DNA from: Bdellovibrionota bacterium
Lineage (GTDB): Bacteria > Bdellovibrionota_C > UBA2361
NCBI GenBank assembly: GCA_044352465.1
Contig: JBILDU010000006.1
Coordinates: 1-58,252, forward strand
Reading direction: 5' to 3'
Length of the DNA stretch: 58,252 nt
A program made the translations under genes and the position numbers. This document shows positions 17,998-28,914 of the stretch, piece by piece. The first letter of the stretch is position 1, and the number at the start of each line of letters is the position of its first letter. A model generated the notes under the pieces. The model had not been told where the DNA came from, searched no databases, and saw only the letters and a program-made list of their open reading frames with translations.

Positions 17998-19323
17998 ATG
18001 GACAAGGCTGCCCCCGCGACGGCTGACTCAACTATCGGCCGACGAGACCGATTCCTCTCGGCCGTGACTACCGCGGCGGAGCTGCTCAGTCGCCCCAGCC
18101 CCTGGTGGACCAGTATCAACTCGGTGTTGCGAATACTGGGAGAAGCGACGAACGTGGATCGCACCTACGTCTTCCAGGTTAAGATAATTAACGGCGTCGA
18201 GTGCGCCTCGCAACGGTTTGAGTGGTGTGGGCTCGGAGTCACCCCTCAGATCGACAATCCTGAACTCCAAGGATTACCGCTTGTGAGCGCCGGGTTTGCT
18301 CGGTGGGTAGAGCTTCTTAGAGTCGGAAAGCCGGTGTACGGAGATATCGCCGATTTCCCCGAATCAGAGCGCCCGATTCTTGAGGCGCAGGAGATTAAAT
18401 CCATACTTATCCAACCTATTATGGTGGGACGAACGTGGTGGGGATTCCTTGGATTCGACGCCTGCTCGACTCAGCAGTCGTGGCAATCGTATGAGGTTAG
18501 TCAACTTCTCATCGCTTCGCTTCTTCTCGGCTCGGCGATAGACCGAGAAATTCACGAAGCGAGGCTCCTGCAGAATCAACGCATCGAGGCGCTCGGTCGT
18601 ATGGCGGGTGGGGTTGCCCACGACTTTAACAACGTCTTGAGCATCATCCACACGGCGTTGGGGCTCCTCAAACTGAACGTTGCAGCGGATTCCAATCAGG
18701 CGGCAGCGCAGCTCAAAACATGCGCGATGATGGAGCAAGCGATCGAGCGGGCTCGGTCTTTGACCCGGCGCCTTCTTGATTTCAGTAAACGCCGGGTGGA
18801 CAAACCTCAACTGGTGGCGCCGTATGATCTGCTCACCAAAGAGGAGCCACTCCTACGGAGTTCGCTTGGACCGGGGATATCGCTTGAGATCGTCCGTGTC
18901 GAATCGAAGCACACTCCTACTCGGATAAGGATCGATCCAACCGAGTTCGCGCAGCTCCTCCTCAATCTCTCCGTCAATGCTCGGGATGCGATGCCCAAAG
19001 GCGGCACCCTCAGGTTCGAGGTGGCGTCAGTTGATGCCTCCGACTCCCCAGCAGCAAGTGACTTCATCCCCCCAGGACGGTGGACACTTCTACGAGTTGT
19101 AGACTCGGGGGTGGGAATGACCCCCGAGGTGATCGCCCATATTTTCGAACCATTCTTTACCACAAAGGATAAGGACAAAGGCACCGGACTAGGGCTCGCG
19201 ACGGTTCGAAACATCGTCCTTGCGGCGGGCGCGCATGTAAAGGTCTCGAGTGAAGTTGGACGAGGTACTGAATTCCGTTTCTATTTTCCCGGCACCCCTG
19301 AGACTGAGGATACTTTACCGTAA
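17998..19323 (+). CDS. GAF-containing sensor histidine kinase
   Basis: AHDFNN H-box, NARDAM, DSGVG, FEPFFTTK, GTGLGL. Confidence 0.92.
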   Translation: MDKAAPATADSTIGRRDRFLSAVTTAAELLSRPSPWWTSINSVLRILGEATNVDRTYVFQVKIINGVECASQRFEWCGLGVTPQIDNPELQGLPLVSAGFARWVELLRVGKPVYGDIADFPESERPILEAQEIKSILIQPIMVGRTWWGFLGFDACSTQQSWQSYEVSQLLIASLLLGSAIDREIHEARLLQNQRIEALGRMAGGVAHDFNNVLSIIHTALGLLKLNVAADSNQAAAQLKTCAMMEQAIERARSLTRRLLDFSKRRVDKPQLVAPYDLLTKEEPLLRSSLGPGISLEIVRVESKHTPTRIRIDPTEFAQLLLNLSVNARDAMPKGGTLRFEVASVDASDSPAASDFIPPGRWTLLRVVDSGVGMTPEVIAHIFEPFFTTKDKDKGTGLGLATVRNIVLAAGAHVKVSSEVGRGTEFRFYFPGTPETEDTLP

Positions 19324-19928
19324 GAGTCCGTGATTTTGCGTGGGTCTATGGGCTTAGGGAATGCCTGCGGAGCTTCGTAAGATTTTTTTGATTAGCGATC
19401 TAAACCGCCGTATACCGTGTAGAGGGGAATGGTTGAACGTCGGAGAGGGACTCTTTGGGTCGTTCCACCGATGTGGGGAAAATACCTGATACGGCGACAC
19501 GTTGCTCGAGAGATACGTTGCAACGCAGGCTCCGGGAGACCAAGAGCAGGAGGCTTTTGGCTCTATCCGGCGTCCGCGGCTCGCCCTCTGCACTGACGTC
19601 TTTCCATCCTCTTTTTATCAGCTCTTTTCGCACCGTCAGACCAGCACGACGCTGATTACGTCTACGGCACATCTTTACGCGCTCTCAAGCGCTGCGGAGA
19701 TAGTCTTATCTTCGCCCGGGTAGAAGTTTCGATTATACGATGCGATCCAACGAACGGGTGTGGCAGCACCGCTCGCCGGATCGCGTCAAACGGTCATTGA
19801 GGTTTTGATTCTATTCCCTCACGACTCTGAGGGAAAACACTTCCAGCTCTCCGTTGATTCGACCTCGGTCTGATTAACGGAGAGCTGGGGAGTTTTCCAC
19901 GCAAATCAACTAGAGGGAGTTTATCGTT

Positions 19929-20627
19929 ATGAACACTTTGCTTCTTGTGGCCAGCCTCGGCTGTGCGATGGCGGCTTCGACCATCCAGGGGTGCAACGGC
20001 AAGATCCGCGGCACCATCCCCGGAGGGTTCGGGGGTGGGGTCGAGGTCGAGTGGGAGATGGGCGACGAGGTCCGCAACCTGCCTGCTGGGTACACGGTGT
20101 GCCCAGGTTCGCCTCGGCAGATGGAGGGGTACACCATCTGTGAGTACTGCAGCAACAGCTCGGATCCGCTCGCTCCGCGCTTCGTGCAGATCAACTGCAC
20201 CGGTGGCTACCGCAAGGTGTCGCCGATGCCGATCGCCGCAACTCCGAAGCTCGCTTCGCCGCCGAACGGCCGGATCGAGTTCGAAGGTGCGCTCGAGGCA
20301 GACGCCAACGTCCTCACCAAGTGGGACGGCGAGGTGAAGCTCACGGTCAGCTTCAACGCTGAGCGTGCGCTGCCCACCGATCCGGAGTCGTCGATCAAGA
20401 TCGACGGCCTCCCGATGGGCTCCGACTCGGTTCTCCGGGTCGGCAGCGAGATCGAGCTCACGGGGGCGATCGAGGATGTCGCGTACGATGCGTACCGTCT
20501 CGGCATCCGTTCGCTCTCCGTCAAGGGCGTCCTCGGCACGCTCGAGCTCCAGATGGTGCCTGACCTCGGCCTCTGCGAGGTCTGGGTGAACGGCGAACTC
20601 GAAGGTCTGCGGTTCATCACCCGCTGA
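19929..20627 (+). CDS. Secreted Cys-containing hypothetical protein
   Basis: Signal-like N-terminus, strong GC3 bias, GGAG upstream, followed closely by the protease gene. Confidence 0.6.
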   Translation: MNTLLLVASLGCAMAASTIQGCNGKIRGTIPGGFGGGVEVEWEMGDEVRNLPAGYTVCPGSPRQMEGYTICEYCSNSSDPLAPRFVQINCTGGYRKVSPMPIAATPKLASPPNGRIEFEGALEADANVLTKWDGEVKLTVSFNAERALPTDPESSIKIDGLPMGSDSVLRVGSEIELTGAIEDVAYDAYRLGIRSLSVKGVLGTLELQMVPDLGLCEVWVNGELEGLRFITR

Positions 20628-20644
20628 CCCAGAGAGGAGACAGT

Positions 20645-21394
20645 ATGCGAATTCTCGCATGGCTTGTGACGGTCGGATTCGCGTTGGTGGGATGCCACGC
20701 GACTCCCTCCCGAGTCGCCGGCACACCAAAGGCACTCCCGGCGCCGCCGGTGGTGCCGATCTCTTTTCCCATCACTAACGGTGGTGGGACCGCTATCGTC
20801 TTGAAGGAGGGTTTCCTCCTCACGGCGAAGCACGTGGTGCCCGATGATAACGGGGCTACGAAGCTCATGCGGATCGGGGATGCACTCACCGAGTACGAGA
20901 TCGTCCGCAACGGCACCGGAACGGGGCGACCCATTCCGGTGGGCAAAGGTTGGCTCGATGTGTCGTGGGAGGACTGGTCGAACGACTGGTCCCTCCTGCG
21001 CATCGCTCAGCCTGAGCTCGCGAAGGCCCCCCCCACCCCGATCGACTGGGTTGGGCGGGAAGCGGAGAACGAACGGGTCTACCTCATCGGGTACCCCGGG
21101 AAGTCTTCGCGCTCCGCTCCTCGAATTATCGAGGCGCGGGTTTCGGCAGCCAAGGATCCCGACGGACCACCCCACGGTGACTTCGTCTTCGTCGTCACCG
21201 ACGAGGATACGGTCTATCCTGGTGTTTCCGGCGGCCTCGTAGCTCGTCTCATCGACGGCTGCAGGGATACTCCACCAACCTTTGAGGTGGTGGGGATGTT
21301 CCAAGGTACCTATCAGCATCGGGGAGGCACGGTCGATGTCTTCGGACAATTCGCCCGCCGCCCCCCCCGTGAGCTGAAGGAACTGCTGAACTGA
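20645..21394 (+). CDS. Trypsin-like serine protease, lipoprotein
   Basis: LVGC lipobox; LTAKHV (His), DWSLL (Asp), GVSGG (Ser); GAGGAG RBS. Confidence 0.8.
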   Translation: MRILAWLVTVGFALVGCHATPSRVAGTPKALPAPPVVPISFPITNGGGTAIVLKEGFLLTAKHVVPDDNGATKLMRIGDALTEYEIVRNGTGTGRPIPVGKGWLDVSWEDWSNDWSLLRIAQPELAKAPPTPIDWVGREAENERVYLIGYPGKSSRSAPRIIEARVSAAKDPDGPPHGDFVFVVTDEDTVYPGVSGGLVARLIDGCRDTPPTFEVVGMFQGTYQHRGGTVDVFGQFARRPPRELKELLN

Positions 21395-21564
21395 GAGGAT
21401 GCAACGCCGGCGGGAGCGTGTGGGGTCTTCGTGACACCCCAGCTCTCTAGACACCCACCGCCCCGCCGGCGGCATCGCTTCGCACATTGTCTGTGGTTCT
21501 TTCCACGGTTACCGTTTGACGCAGTCCATCCTTCCAACGAAAGAGAGCTCGTGACATCGTCCTA

Positions 21565-23445
21565 TCAGATTCTTAAGAGCTTCAGCGCAATAGCCGGCTG
21601 TTGATTGGCCTGGGCCATCACCGCAGAAGCGGCGCTCTGGGTTATCTGGGTACGGGTAAGCTCAGCGGTCTCGCCGGCGAAATCGGCATCGCGGATTCGG
21701 GAGTTCGCCGCCAAAAATTCATCCCGCTGGCTGAGCAACGTCCTCGCACCGGAGAGGAGTCGGGATTGGGCCGCACCAAGCACTCCCCGCTGGGCCGAGA
21801 GAAGCTCAAGCTTCTTTGACACGATCGAAAGCGCTTGCCTTGAGTCCGCTTGGGTCTTGAGAGATATCGGAAGGAGCGGATGAACCCCGTCCCTTGTTTG
21901 GGCGGCGAAGGATGAAAGACCGAGTAAGCTGTCTGCAGCTACAATATCGGGAACACCATCGCCGTTTACATCTGAGGTCGTTACCTGCATGGGGGATCCA
22001 GCGTTCAGAAAGCTAGCAGCTTGAAAGGTGCCGTTACCATTACCGATTACTACCGCGACAGCACCTGTGGTAAAAAATCCTCCGACTTCAACGCTCGCGG
22101 TGGTAACAAGATCTTGAAAACCATCCCCGTTTAGATCCGCGGTGGTAACCGAACCGAGAGAGTCCCCAATGGCAAATGTTGAGGACGCCCCCTTAAATGT
22201 ACCGTTGCCGTTGCCTAAAAAGAGCGTCGCGGTACCAGCACCGCTGTTGGTGCTCACGATATCGAGACGCCCATCGCCGTTAAAATCACCGGTAGTCACT
22301 GAATTGGGGTTGCTACCGGCAAGAAGCACCCGGCGACTCTGAAAGGTGCCGTTACCGTTGCCTATCAGGACCGACACTGTGTTGTCAGTGAAGTCAGCGG
22401 TGACGAGATCGGCTAAACCGTCGCCATTGAAGTCCCCAACCCGTAGATTGGTTGGGGCCTGGCCGACGCTCGAGGTCTGCTGGCTTCTTAAAGTGCCATC
22501 GCCGTTCCCCAGAAGTATCGAAACGTTGTGGGTAGAACTATTGGCTGCCGCGACATCTTGAAAACCATCGCCGTTAAAGTCAGCGGAGACGACCGCGGAC
22601 GGGACACCGCCCACGTTAAAGCCACTCGGGGCTCTAAACGTGCCGTCGCCGTTAGCTAAAAGGACCGATACCGAATTTGCCAAGCTATTGCTTGAGACGA
22701 TATCGAGCGCCCCATCTCCGTTAAGATCCGAGAGTGCGACCGAGTTAATGTCTCCATCGATGAATTTAGCCTGCCCCGCTCGGAAGGTGCCGTCCCCGTT
22801 TCCTAACGAGATACGGATACCAGAGGTATAGAGGCCACCGTTACCTGTAACAACATCTTGAATACCATCCCCATTCAGATCTCCGGTGGCAAGTGCATTA
22901 AGAGCCACCGACAAGCCGGTATTTAAGGACGGATTGAAACTACCCGTCCCGAGCTTCCCACCAACCGATGAGGCGATAGCGCCCTCAGCTCCGTAGCCTG
23001 CCTGGATTTGCAGCCCTTGAACGGTGCCGTCCAAAAGACGCTGTCCGTTAAACGCAGTCGATTGCACGATCCGCAAGAACTCATCCCGCAGACTCTGCGC
23101 CTCTTTATCGAGCGCGGCGCGTTGGCGGTTCGAATACGAGCCGTTAGCCCCTTGCTCGGCAAGCTCTTGGATTCGGGTCGTAAGCTGGATAAGGGTCTCA
23201 ACTGCTGAATCGGCGATCGTGAGTGCGCTTAAGCCGTCGCTCACGTTCTGCGCACCACGGGTAAAGACACGCGACTTTGCGCTGAGTGCATCGGCGATCG
23301 AGAGCCCCGCCGCATCATCGGAGGCGCGGTTAATGCGTTGCCCCGTCGAGAGGCGTTGATACACCTTCTCTATCCGGTCACTAGCTTGACCGAGGCTGCG
23401 CTGACCCTTCAGCGCATCGAGGTTACTTCCTATCCTCACCGTCAC
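21565..23445 (-). CDS. fliC: Flagellin with 7 FG-GAP/VCBS repeats in the variable region
   Basis: RLSTGQRINRASDDAAGL N-terminus; SRIRDADFA..AQANQQP C-terminus; seven DxNGDGxxD repeats. Confidence 0.9.
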   Translation of the reverse strand: MTVRIGSNLDALKGQRSLGQASDRIEKVYQRLSTGQRINRASDDAAGLSIADALSAKSRVFTRGAQNVSDGLSALTIADSAVETLIQLTTRIQELAEQGANGSYSNRQRAALDKEAQSLRDEFLRIVQSTAFNGQRLLDGTVQGLQIQAGYGAEGAIASSVGGKLGTGSFNPSLNTGLSVALNALATGDLNGDGIQDVVTGNGGLYTSGIRISLGNGDGTFRAGQAKFIDGDINSVALSDLNGDGALDIVSSNSLANSVSVLLANGDGTFRAPSGFNVGGVPSAVVSADFNGDGFQDVAAANSSTHNVSILLGNGDGTLRSQQTSSVGQAPTNLRVGDFNGDGLADLVTADFTDNTVSVLIGNGNGTFQSRRVLLAGSNPNSVTTGDFNGDGRLDIVSTNSGAGTATLFLGNGNGTFKGASSTFAIGDSLGSVTTADLNGDGFQDLVTTASVEVGGFFTTGAVAVVIGNGNGTFQAASFLNAGSPMQVTTSDVNGDGVPDIVAADSLLGLSSFAAQTRDGVHPLLPISLKTQADSRQALSIVSKKLELLSAQRGVLGAAQSRLLSGARTLLSQRDEFLAANSRIRDADFAGETAELTRTQITQSAASAVMAQANQQPAIALKLLRI

Positions 23446-23619
23446 AACGCCGCTCTCCGTGCGGAATACTTCTCTACACTCGGATAAAGCGGCTAAATAT
23501 CGAGTTCAGTTAATAAACCGGCGCTATTTTTTGAATATAAGTGATTCTCTTAGGGCAGGAGCCTCTCTCCCGCGCCGGCATACGACTTGGGGGGTCTCAG
23601 TATCAATAACTACAAAGAC

Positions 23620-25485
23620 TTAGGAGAGTTTCTGCGTTCCCTCGGTCGGTGAGAGGAGCGGTGTCGGAAGGACCTCGACCACCCCCCCCATCACCCGCAA
23701 AAGGTGAGTCGCCGCACTATCAAAGCGCTTACTGTGGGTGGCGAAGAGCACAATAGAGCCGCGGGCGCAGTGGTCCTTGAGAAGCTCCCCTACGAGGGAG
23801 ACGAAATCGTCGCTCTGATTTGAGGTAACCTCGTCGAGAAACACGATATCGGGCCGGGGGATCAAGGCTGCGACTAAGAGAAGACGGTGTTGCTCACCGG
23901 TTGAGAAGCCCCTCCCCCGCTCTAGCCCTTCACCCACCCGGGTATCGAGCCCATGGTGTTTCGTCAAGTCCGCGACCAGGTCCTTGATAAGGGGATGGGT
24001 CGTGCGCGGCTCGAGGTGCACGTCGCTCTCATCGGTTCCCCGGAGGATCTCCCTCACTGTGCGCCCCTCGAGGAGCGCGATACGAGCTCCACAATAAGCG
24101 ATGCGGCGACGCCATTCGGAGAATCTCACCTCTGCGAGCGGCACGCCACCGATCGTGATAGCCCCACGGGTGGGTGCTACCGCGAAGGCGAGATGCTCCA
24201 ACAGGGTCGTTTTCCCGGCACCACTCCCGCCGTGAATAACGGCAAAGCTACCTGGGGGGAGGACAAGTTCCGGGATGGCGATCTCAAAGTCGCCCCGTGT
24301 GAGGGTGGCGCACTCGATATGAAGACAGTGACTCGACGGAAAATCGCGGTGCCCACTTAAAGAGTTCGGCTCAACAAAGACGTAAAACCGACGTGCCTCC
24401 TCCCAGACCCGTCGAAACGTGTGATAGGTCTCGCCATGATTTGAGAGTTCCTCTCCAAGTTCCTTGAGCTGGAGACACATAAAAGCAAAGGTACCGATCG
24501 CTAAGGCACCGGTGCTGTACTGATTAAAAAGCATCGCGAGCCCCCCGAACATCGCGCCGTAGTATCCGACGTAGGTACTGAGAAGTTGCAGGTTCTGCAC
24601 CCGTTCGTGGCGATCCCGCTCGCTATCGAGCGCGGCTTGGAGGTGGGTAATGGTGCGCGTAAGGGAGTTCGTCAATCCTCCTAAAATCATCCGAATCGCC
24701 CCATCGGTGCGGTAGATCTCGGTCTCAATCCGCGCGCCCACCTGACCCTCTTTACGTTGCCGCCCCTCAAGCTCTACATCAGCGGTCACATGTTTCGCCC
24801 GGAGAAAAATTCCCGGCAAAACAGCCAGGGCAACAAGGGCACCGATGCGCCAGTCCACCGTTAGAAGAGCCCCGGCGCTGAGCGCGATCTTCGTCGCGTA
24901 TGCGGGGAGGGCTACGGAATGCTCGACAAGCTGCGACACACTTGCGGCGCGATCCGATTGAAGTTCAAGATTCGAGCGAGTGCTCTCGTCGTTAAGATCC
25001 CGCAAAGTCGAGCGACCAAGGGTGTCGAGCAGTCGGGCCCGCAGATGGCGAAGATAGGTGCGACCGAGCGTGTCGGTAGCGGTCTTCCCCGTACCATCGA
25101 GGTGATCGGCGAGAAGATAACACCCACAGAAAGCTGCCATGAATCCGAGTGCCACGGGGGAGCGGGTCAGGGTGGCCTCAAGTGCCAGAACGGTCAAAGA
25201 ATAGAGCCCGCCCCAGCGTAGAGCCTCGGCGGAACACCCCCGCACCGCTTCGTTAACGAGCCTTACTCGGGTGATACCGGCGAGAGCAAGATCTTCCAAA
25301 ACGGTGGTGACAAGGGGACGGGCATGGGCGCGGGCTACGGATGGAAGGGTGCCCTCAATCGGCGCTGCAGATTCAGGCGCGAAATCGCCATACCGCTCTA
25401 CCTCCGGTATACAGGAGGTGGTCGATGGGGGGATTACTTCTGCGGGAGTATCCCTCTTTTGTGGGTTCGACGAGCGCTCGAGCAT
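23620..25485 (-). CDS. Fused ABC exporter (TMD + ATPase), divergent
   Basis: TM helices; GGSGAGKT Walker A, FSTGE signature, FLDE, H-loop. Confidence 0.8.
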   Translation of the reverse strand: MLERSSNPQKRDTPAEVIPPSTTSCIPEVERYGDFAPESAAPIEGTLPSVARAHARPLVTTVLEDLALAGITRVRLVNEAVRGCSAEALRWGGLYSLTVLALEATLTRSPVALGFMAAFCGCYLLADHLDGTGKTATDTLGRTYLRHLRARLLDTLGRSTLRDLNDESTRSNLELQSDRAASVSQLVEHSVALPAYATKIALSAGALLTVDWRIGALVALAVLPGIFLRAKHVTADVELEGRQRKEGQVGARIETEIYRTDGAIRMILGGLTNSLTRTITHLQAALDSERDRHERVQNLQLLSTYVGYYGAMFGGLAMLFNQYSTGALAIGTFAFMCLQLKELGEELSNHGETYHTFRRVWEEARRFYVFVEPNSLSGHRDFPSSHCLHIECATLTRGDFEIAIPELVLPPGSFAVIHGGSGAGKTTLLEHLAFAVAPTRGAITIGGVPLAEVRFSEWRRRIAYCGARIALLEGRTVREILRGTDESDVHLEPRTTHPLIKDLVADLTKHHGLDTRVGEGLERGRGFSTGEQHRLLLVAALIPRPDIVFLDEVTSNQSDDFVSLVGELLKDHCARGSIVLFATHSKRFDSAATHLLRVMGGVVEVLPTPLLSPTEGTQKLS

Positions 25486-25639
25486 CGCGCGTATTGTGCC
25501 GACCGACAGCTAAAAACTCAATCGCCACACCGCGATCTCTTCGCGTCGTATTTTTCCTCCGCATCGCACACTCGGGACAACCAGGGCGCTGCGGCATAGC
25601 GGCTCGTTAACTTAGAGAAACTATTGCCTCATAACTCCG

Positions 25640-26491
25640 CTACCTCATCAGAAGGAGGCTGAGCGCCATGACGAACATGCCGGCACAGAGGCCGAGCAGA
25701 CTGTCGTGCCCCTTCCCGTAAGCTCGACTGGTCGGTAAAAGCTCGTCAAGACTAACATACACCATGATGCCGGCCACCCCGCCGAAGAGGTAACCCATGA
25801 CGTGAGACGGGATCGCGCCGTTATCACCACCGAGGAAAAAAAGTATTCCGAGATATCCAAGCAGCGCACCGAGTGGCTCAAACAGTCCACTTAAGAAGGA
25901 GTAGATAAAAGCTTTGCGCCGATTTCCGGTGGCGTAAAAAATCGGCACCGACACACTGATCCCTTCAGGGATGTTGTGAAGTGCAACCGCGACTGCGATC
26001 GCCAATCCGACTTTCGGGTCTTCCAGCGCTGACAGAAACGTCGCCAGCCCCTCGGGGAAGTTATGGATACCGATCGCTAGGGCGGTAAAAAGCCCCATCC
26101 GTAGTAGTTTGTGATGATCGCGATGCGCAAAGGCTGAACCACCTTCGGCGCCATGAAGTCGCTCCGACGCGGCCTCAGATGGCGCCTCGTGAGGGTTATC
26201 AGCGGAAGGAATCAAATTGTCGATCAGCGCAATGAGGAGAAGTCCGCCGAAGAAGGAAGCAACCCCGATCCATTGCGCCCAGTAATCCCCGTATTGAGCG
26301 GTAAGCGCTGCGGTGCCCTTCGGCATTATCTCCATGAACGAGACGTACAGCATCACCCCGGCCGAGAATCCGGTCGATATCGATAGGAAGCGATAGCTTG
26401 AGCGCTTCGCCGCAAAGGCGATAGCGCTGCCGATACCGGTGGCGAGCCCCGCAAAAAGGGTCAGCCCAAAAGCGAGTAACACATTGCTCAT
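25640..26491 (-). CDS. zupT: ZIP-family zinc transporter ZupT
   Basis: [29 protein letters not shown]. Confidence 0.93.
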   Translation of the reverse strand: MSNVLLAFGLTLFAGLATGIGSAIAFAAKRSSYRFLSISTGFSAGVMLYVSFMEIMPKGTAALTAQYGDYWAQWIGVASFFGGLLLIALIDNLIPSADNPHEAPSEAASERLHGAEGGSAFAHRDHHKLLRMGLFTALAIGIHNFPEGLATFLSALEDPKVGLAIAVAVALHNIPEGISVSVPIFYATGNRRKAFIYSFLSGLFEPLGALLGYLGILFFLGGDNGAIPSHVMGYLFGGVAGIMVYVSLDELLPTSRAYGKGHDSLLGLCAGMFVMALSLLLMR

Positions 26492-26764
26492 GGCGCCCCT
26501 ATCATAAATGATAGCGGCCCTGCTCTGTCCAGCAGGGTTGTGAAAAAGTACTCCGAAACGAGGAATTTCGGGTGGGTTCCCGACGGGTGCCTCTTTCAAT
26601 AAGTTTCTTTACCTACCGGAGATTGTAGAGCCGGGACGCGAGGGCGGGGCTTTTCGAGGGGCCCGTTCGAGCCTGGAGCGCTTTTATCTGGGCTGGAGCC
26701 CAACTACGCAGTGCCCCCTCGTGCCGAGGGGCTGCGATGGTGAAAAAACGTCCTAAAAACGGTA

Positions 26765-27157
26765 CTAGGCCGCGACACGCTTATCCGCGACCCACCGTTT
26801 TTGGAGCCGTTCGAGCGCACCACCGTAGGCTTGCTCAACTTTGTCGACGATCTGGGCGATGATGAACTGTTGGTCCTCGTTCATCGAGACCGGATTCGGA
26901 AGCTGTAGCATGATGCTGAAAGCCACTTCCTTCTCGTGAATCAGGAATTTAGCGGCCTTACTGAAGCGTTTCGAGATATCAAGGATATCGAAGACGACGT
27001 TATGCTCGATGGCAGCGCGGAACGAGGGCTGAAGCTCTTTAATCACCCGATGGATAAGTCCAGGTAAAATCTCCCCGGGGAAATTAGAAATACCGTAACA
27101 CCACCCCTCGATCTCGATGTCGAACACCTCATCGTAGCGATCTTTGACTTGGAGCAT
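26765..27157 (-). CDS. Hypothetical protein
   Basis: Clean ORF with protein-like composition and AAGGG RBS. Confidence 0.7.
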   Translation of the reverse strand: MLQVKDRYDEVFDIEIEGWCYGISNFPGEILPGLIHRVIKELQPSFRAAIEHNVVFDILDISKRFSKAAKFLIHEKEVAFSIMLQLPNPVSMNEDQQFIIAQIVDKVEQAYGGALERLQKRWVADKRVAA

Positions 27158-27181
27158 CGAAACCCTTCTCTACGCTTTTCT

Positions 27182-27712
27182 CTAGGCTACCGCTCGCTTG
27201 AAAGATTCTGGGGCCAGATGGTCGAGCCCTTTACTTAAAAGGAGCTCCCCGACACGCCCCCGCATCAGTTCGCGCATATCCCCCAACTGCATCGAGACGA
27301 TCTCGGCCTCCAGCGGCGGCAGCGAAGGAAGCTCCCCCTTCATCGCCAATGAGCGCCGTATCAGCTCGAAAATCTCTCGGTTAAAAAACTTTACCGTCAC
27401 ATCGGCGAGCGAAGGCTCTTGACGACCCTCCACCTGCTTGGCCCCAGCCACCTGTGCACCTACTAACTCCGCGGGGACCTGGTCGGCGGAGGTGCCACCT
27501 TGCACGAGGCGTAGGTTGGGGGTCCCAAGCCGAGGGCCACGCTCCTCTTTCTTTACTTGATCTAAGGCCGCACGAATCTCTGACTCGCTGATCTCACCAT
27601 CGCCGTTAAGATCGAGATTCTTTCCGGCGAGCTTTGACTCCTCGGCAACGCCGAGCGCCTTGAGCGCTAGCCCTGAAGGTGAAGGTTGTGGGTTAGTGAC
27701 ATCCGCGGCCAT
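27182..27712 (-). CDS. Hypothetical protein with EF-hand motif
   Basis: DLNGDGEISESE. Confidence 0.65.
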   Translation of the reverse strand: MAADVTNPQPSPSGLALKALGVAEESKLAGKNLDLNGDGEISESEIRAALDQVKKEERGPRLGTPNLRLVQGGTSADQVPAELVGAQVAGAKQVEGRQEPSLADVTVKFFNREIFELIRRSLAMKGELPSLPPLEAEIVSMQLGDMRELMRGRVGELLLSKGLDHLAPESFKRAVA

Positions 27713-28119
27713 GAACTTCAAGCCTCTCAAAACGGAGCATTAGCACCGCTCTTCCCTTGATATGGGGGAAAAACGGCGGACCGTAACATCGAAACGATCG
27801 CTCTGCGGAATAGAATACCACCACCGCGGAGGCTAACATAGCTCCCGAGGCCTCCTCTGAGCCACGCCTATGTCATTGATATTCCACAACTTAATAAGCA
27901 AGATCGAGCCCGCGGGGTGGGTATGGCGGCGCGTTCCGATGCAACATGGCAGCGTATGACGGGGCCGGTTGCAAAGTTACGAGCTCGAGGTTAAAAATAC
28001 GGCTTCGCCGGTTGCTCGCCCAACATACGCAGAGTATGCAAGTGAAGGGCGCGCTGGCGGATTTTTCCGAGTCTCTTACGGTGCGCTCCTCATATTTGCG
28101 CCGCTTCGACTCGACTTTT

Positions 28120-28193
<74 letters not shown>

Positions 28194-28230
28194 TTTTTCT
28201 GCCTTCCCTTTTTTCCGTTCGCAAAGGTAA

Positions 28231-28914
28231 GTCAACATCGAAAGGCTCTTCCCCACCCTCGATTACCGACACGCGGCGGCAGTCAACCTCGATACGGAAG
28301 CACGACGATTTTTCGGTGCGGACGCTCCGTTTGCCCCGAATCCATTCCTCGATCCAGTAACGGCACAACGGTGTGTCGACGCGATCCATTGCGAGCAGGG
28401 GGTCGCATGGTCTTTCGGCGGTTACCTCGAGGAACGCTCGTATCTGCTGCGCGGCACCTACCTCGACGAATCGGCGGGCTACCTTCACATGGGGATCGAT
28501 TGCAACGCGCCACCGGGCACACCGATCGCCACTCCGTTCAGTGGTGAGGTGATCGATATTTTTGATGACTCTCCGGAACCACAAGGTTGGGGGCCTCGGG
28601 TGATCGTTGCCACAACATCATCCCGCGCTCCGTTCCTCGTTTTCGGGCATCTCGACGCACTCCGCCATCCCATAGGACGAAAACTCTCGGCAGGTGAGAT
28701 AATCGGAGAGATCGGTCCACCCCCTTTGAACGGATATTGGTTCCCCCACCTCCATCTTCAGGTCGTGAGCGCTGCAGCGTTTCATCGTCACGTATCCATA
28801 GGGCTCGAGTCGCTTGATGGGTACGGCCACACGCGGGATCAAGAAACTCTCGTTGCCGATTTCCCTGATCCCAACTGGCTCATCGAGGATCAACGTTGCG
28901 GCGGAATGAGTTGA
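28231..28914 (+). CDS. M23 metallopeptidase; start codon unclear
   Basis: GGYLEER, HMGID, FGHL, HLHLQ; frame open from 28231, upstream of the tracked ATG 28489. Confidence 0.75.
   Translation, partial: VNIERLFPTLDYRHAAAVNLDTEARRFFGADAPFAPNPFLDPVTAQRCVDAIHCEQGVAWSFGGYLEERSYLLRGTYLDESAGYLHMGIDCNAPPGTPIATPFSGEVIDIFDDSPEPQGWGPRVIVATTSSRAPFLVFGHLDALRHPIGRKLSAGEIIGEIGPPPLNGYWFPHLHLQVVSAAAFHRHVSIGLESLDGYGHTRDQETLVADFPDPNWLIEDQRCGGMS

Noticed and set aside
19794..21487. Long minus-strand ORFs of 313 and 426 aa
   Set aside because: Antisense shadows of high-GC3 plus-strand genes that have RBSs and protease motifs
23446..23620. Sigma-28 promoter for the flagellin
   Set aside because: No match with correct spacing to TAAA-N15-GCCGATAA
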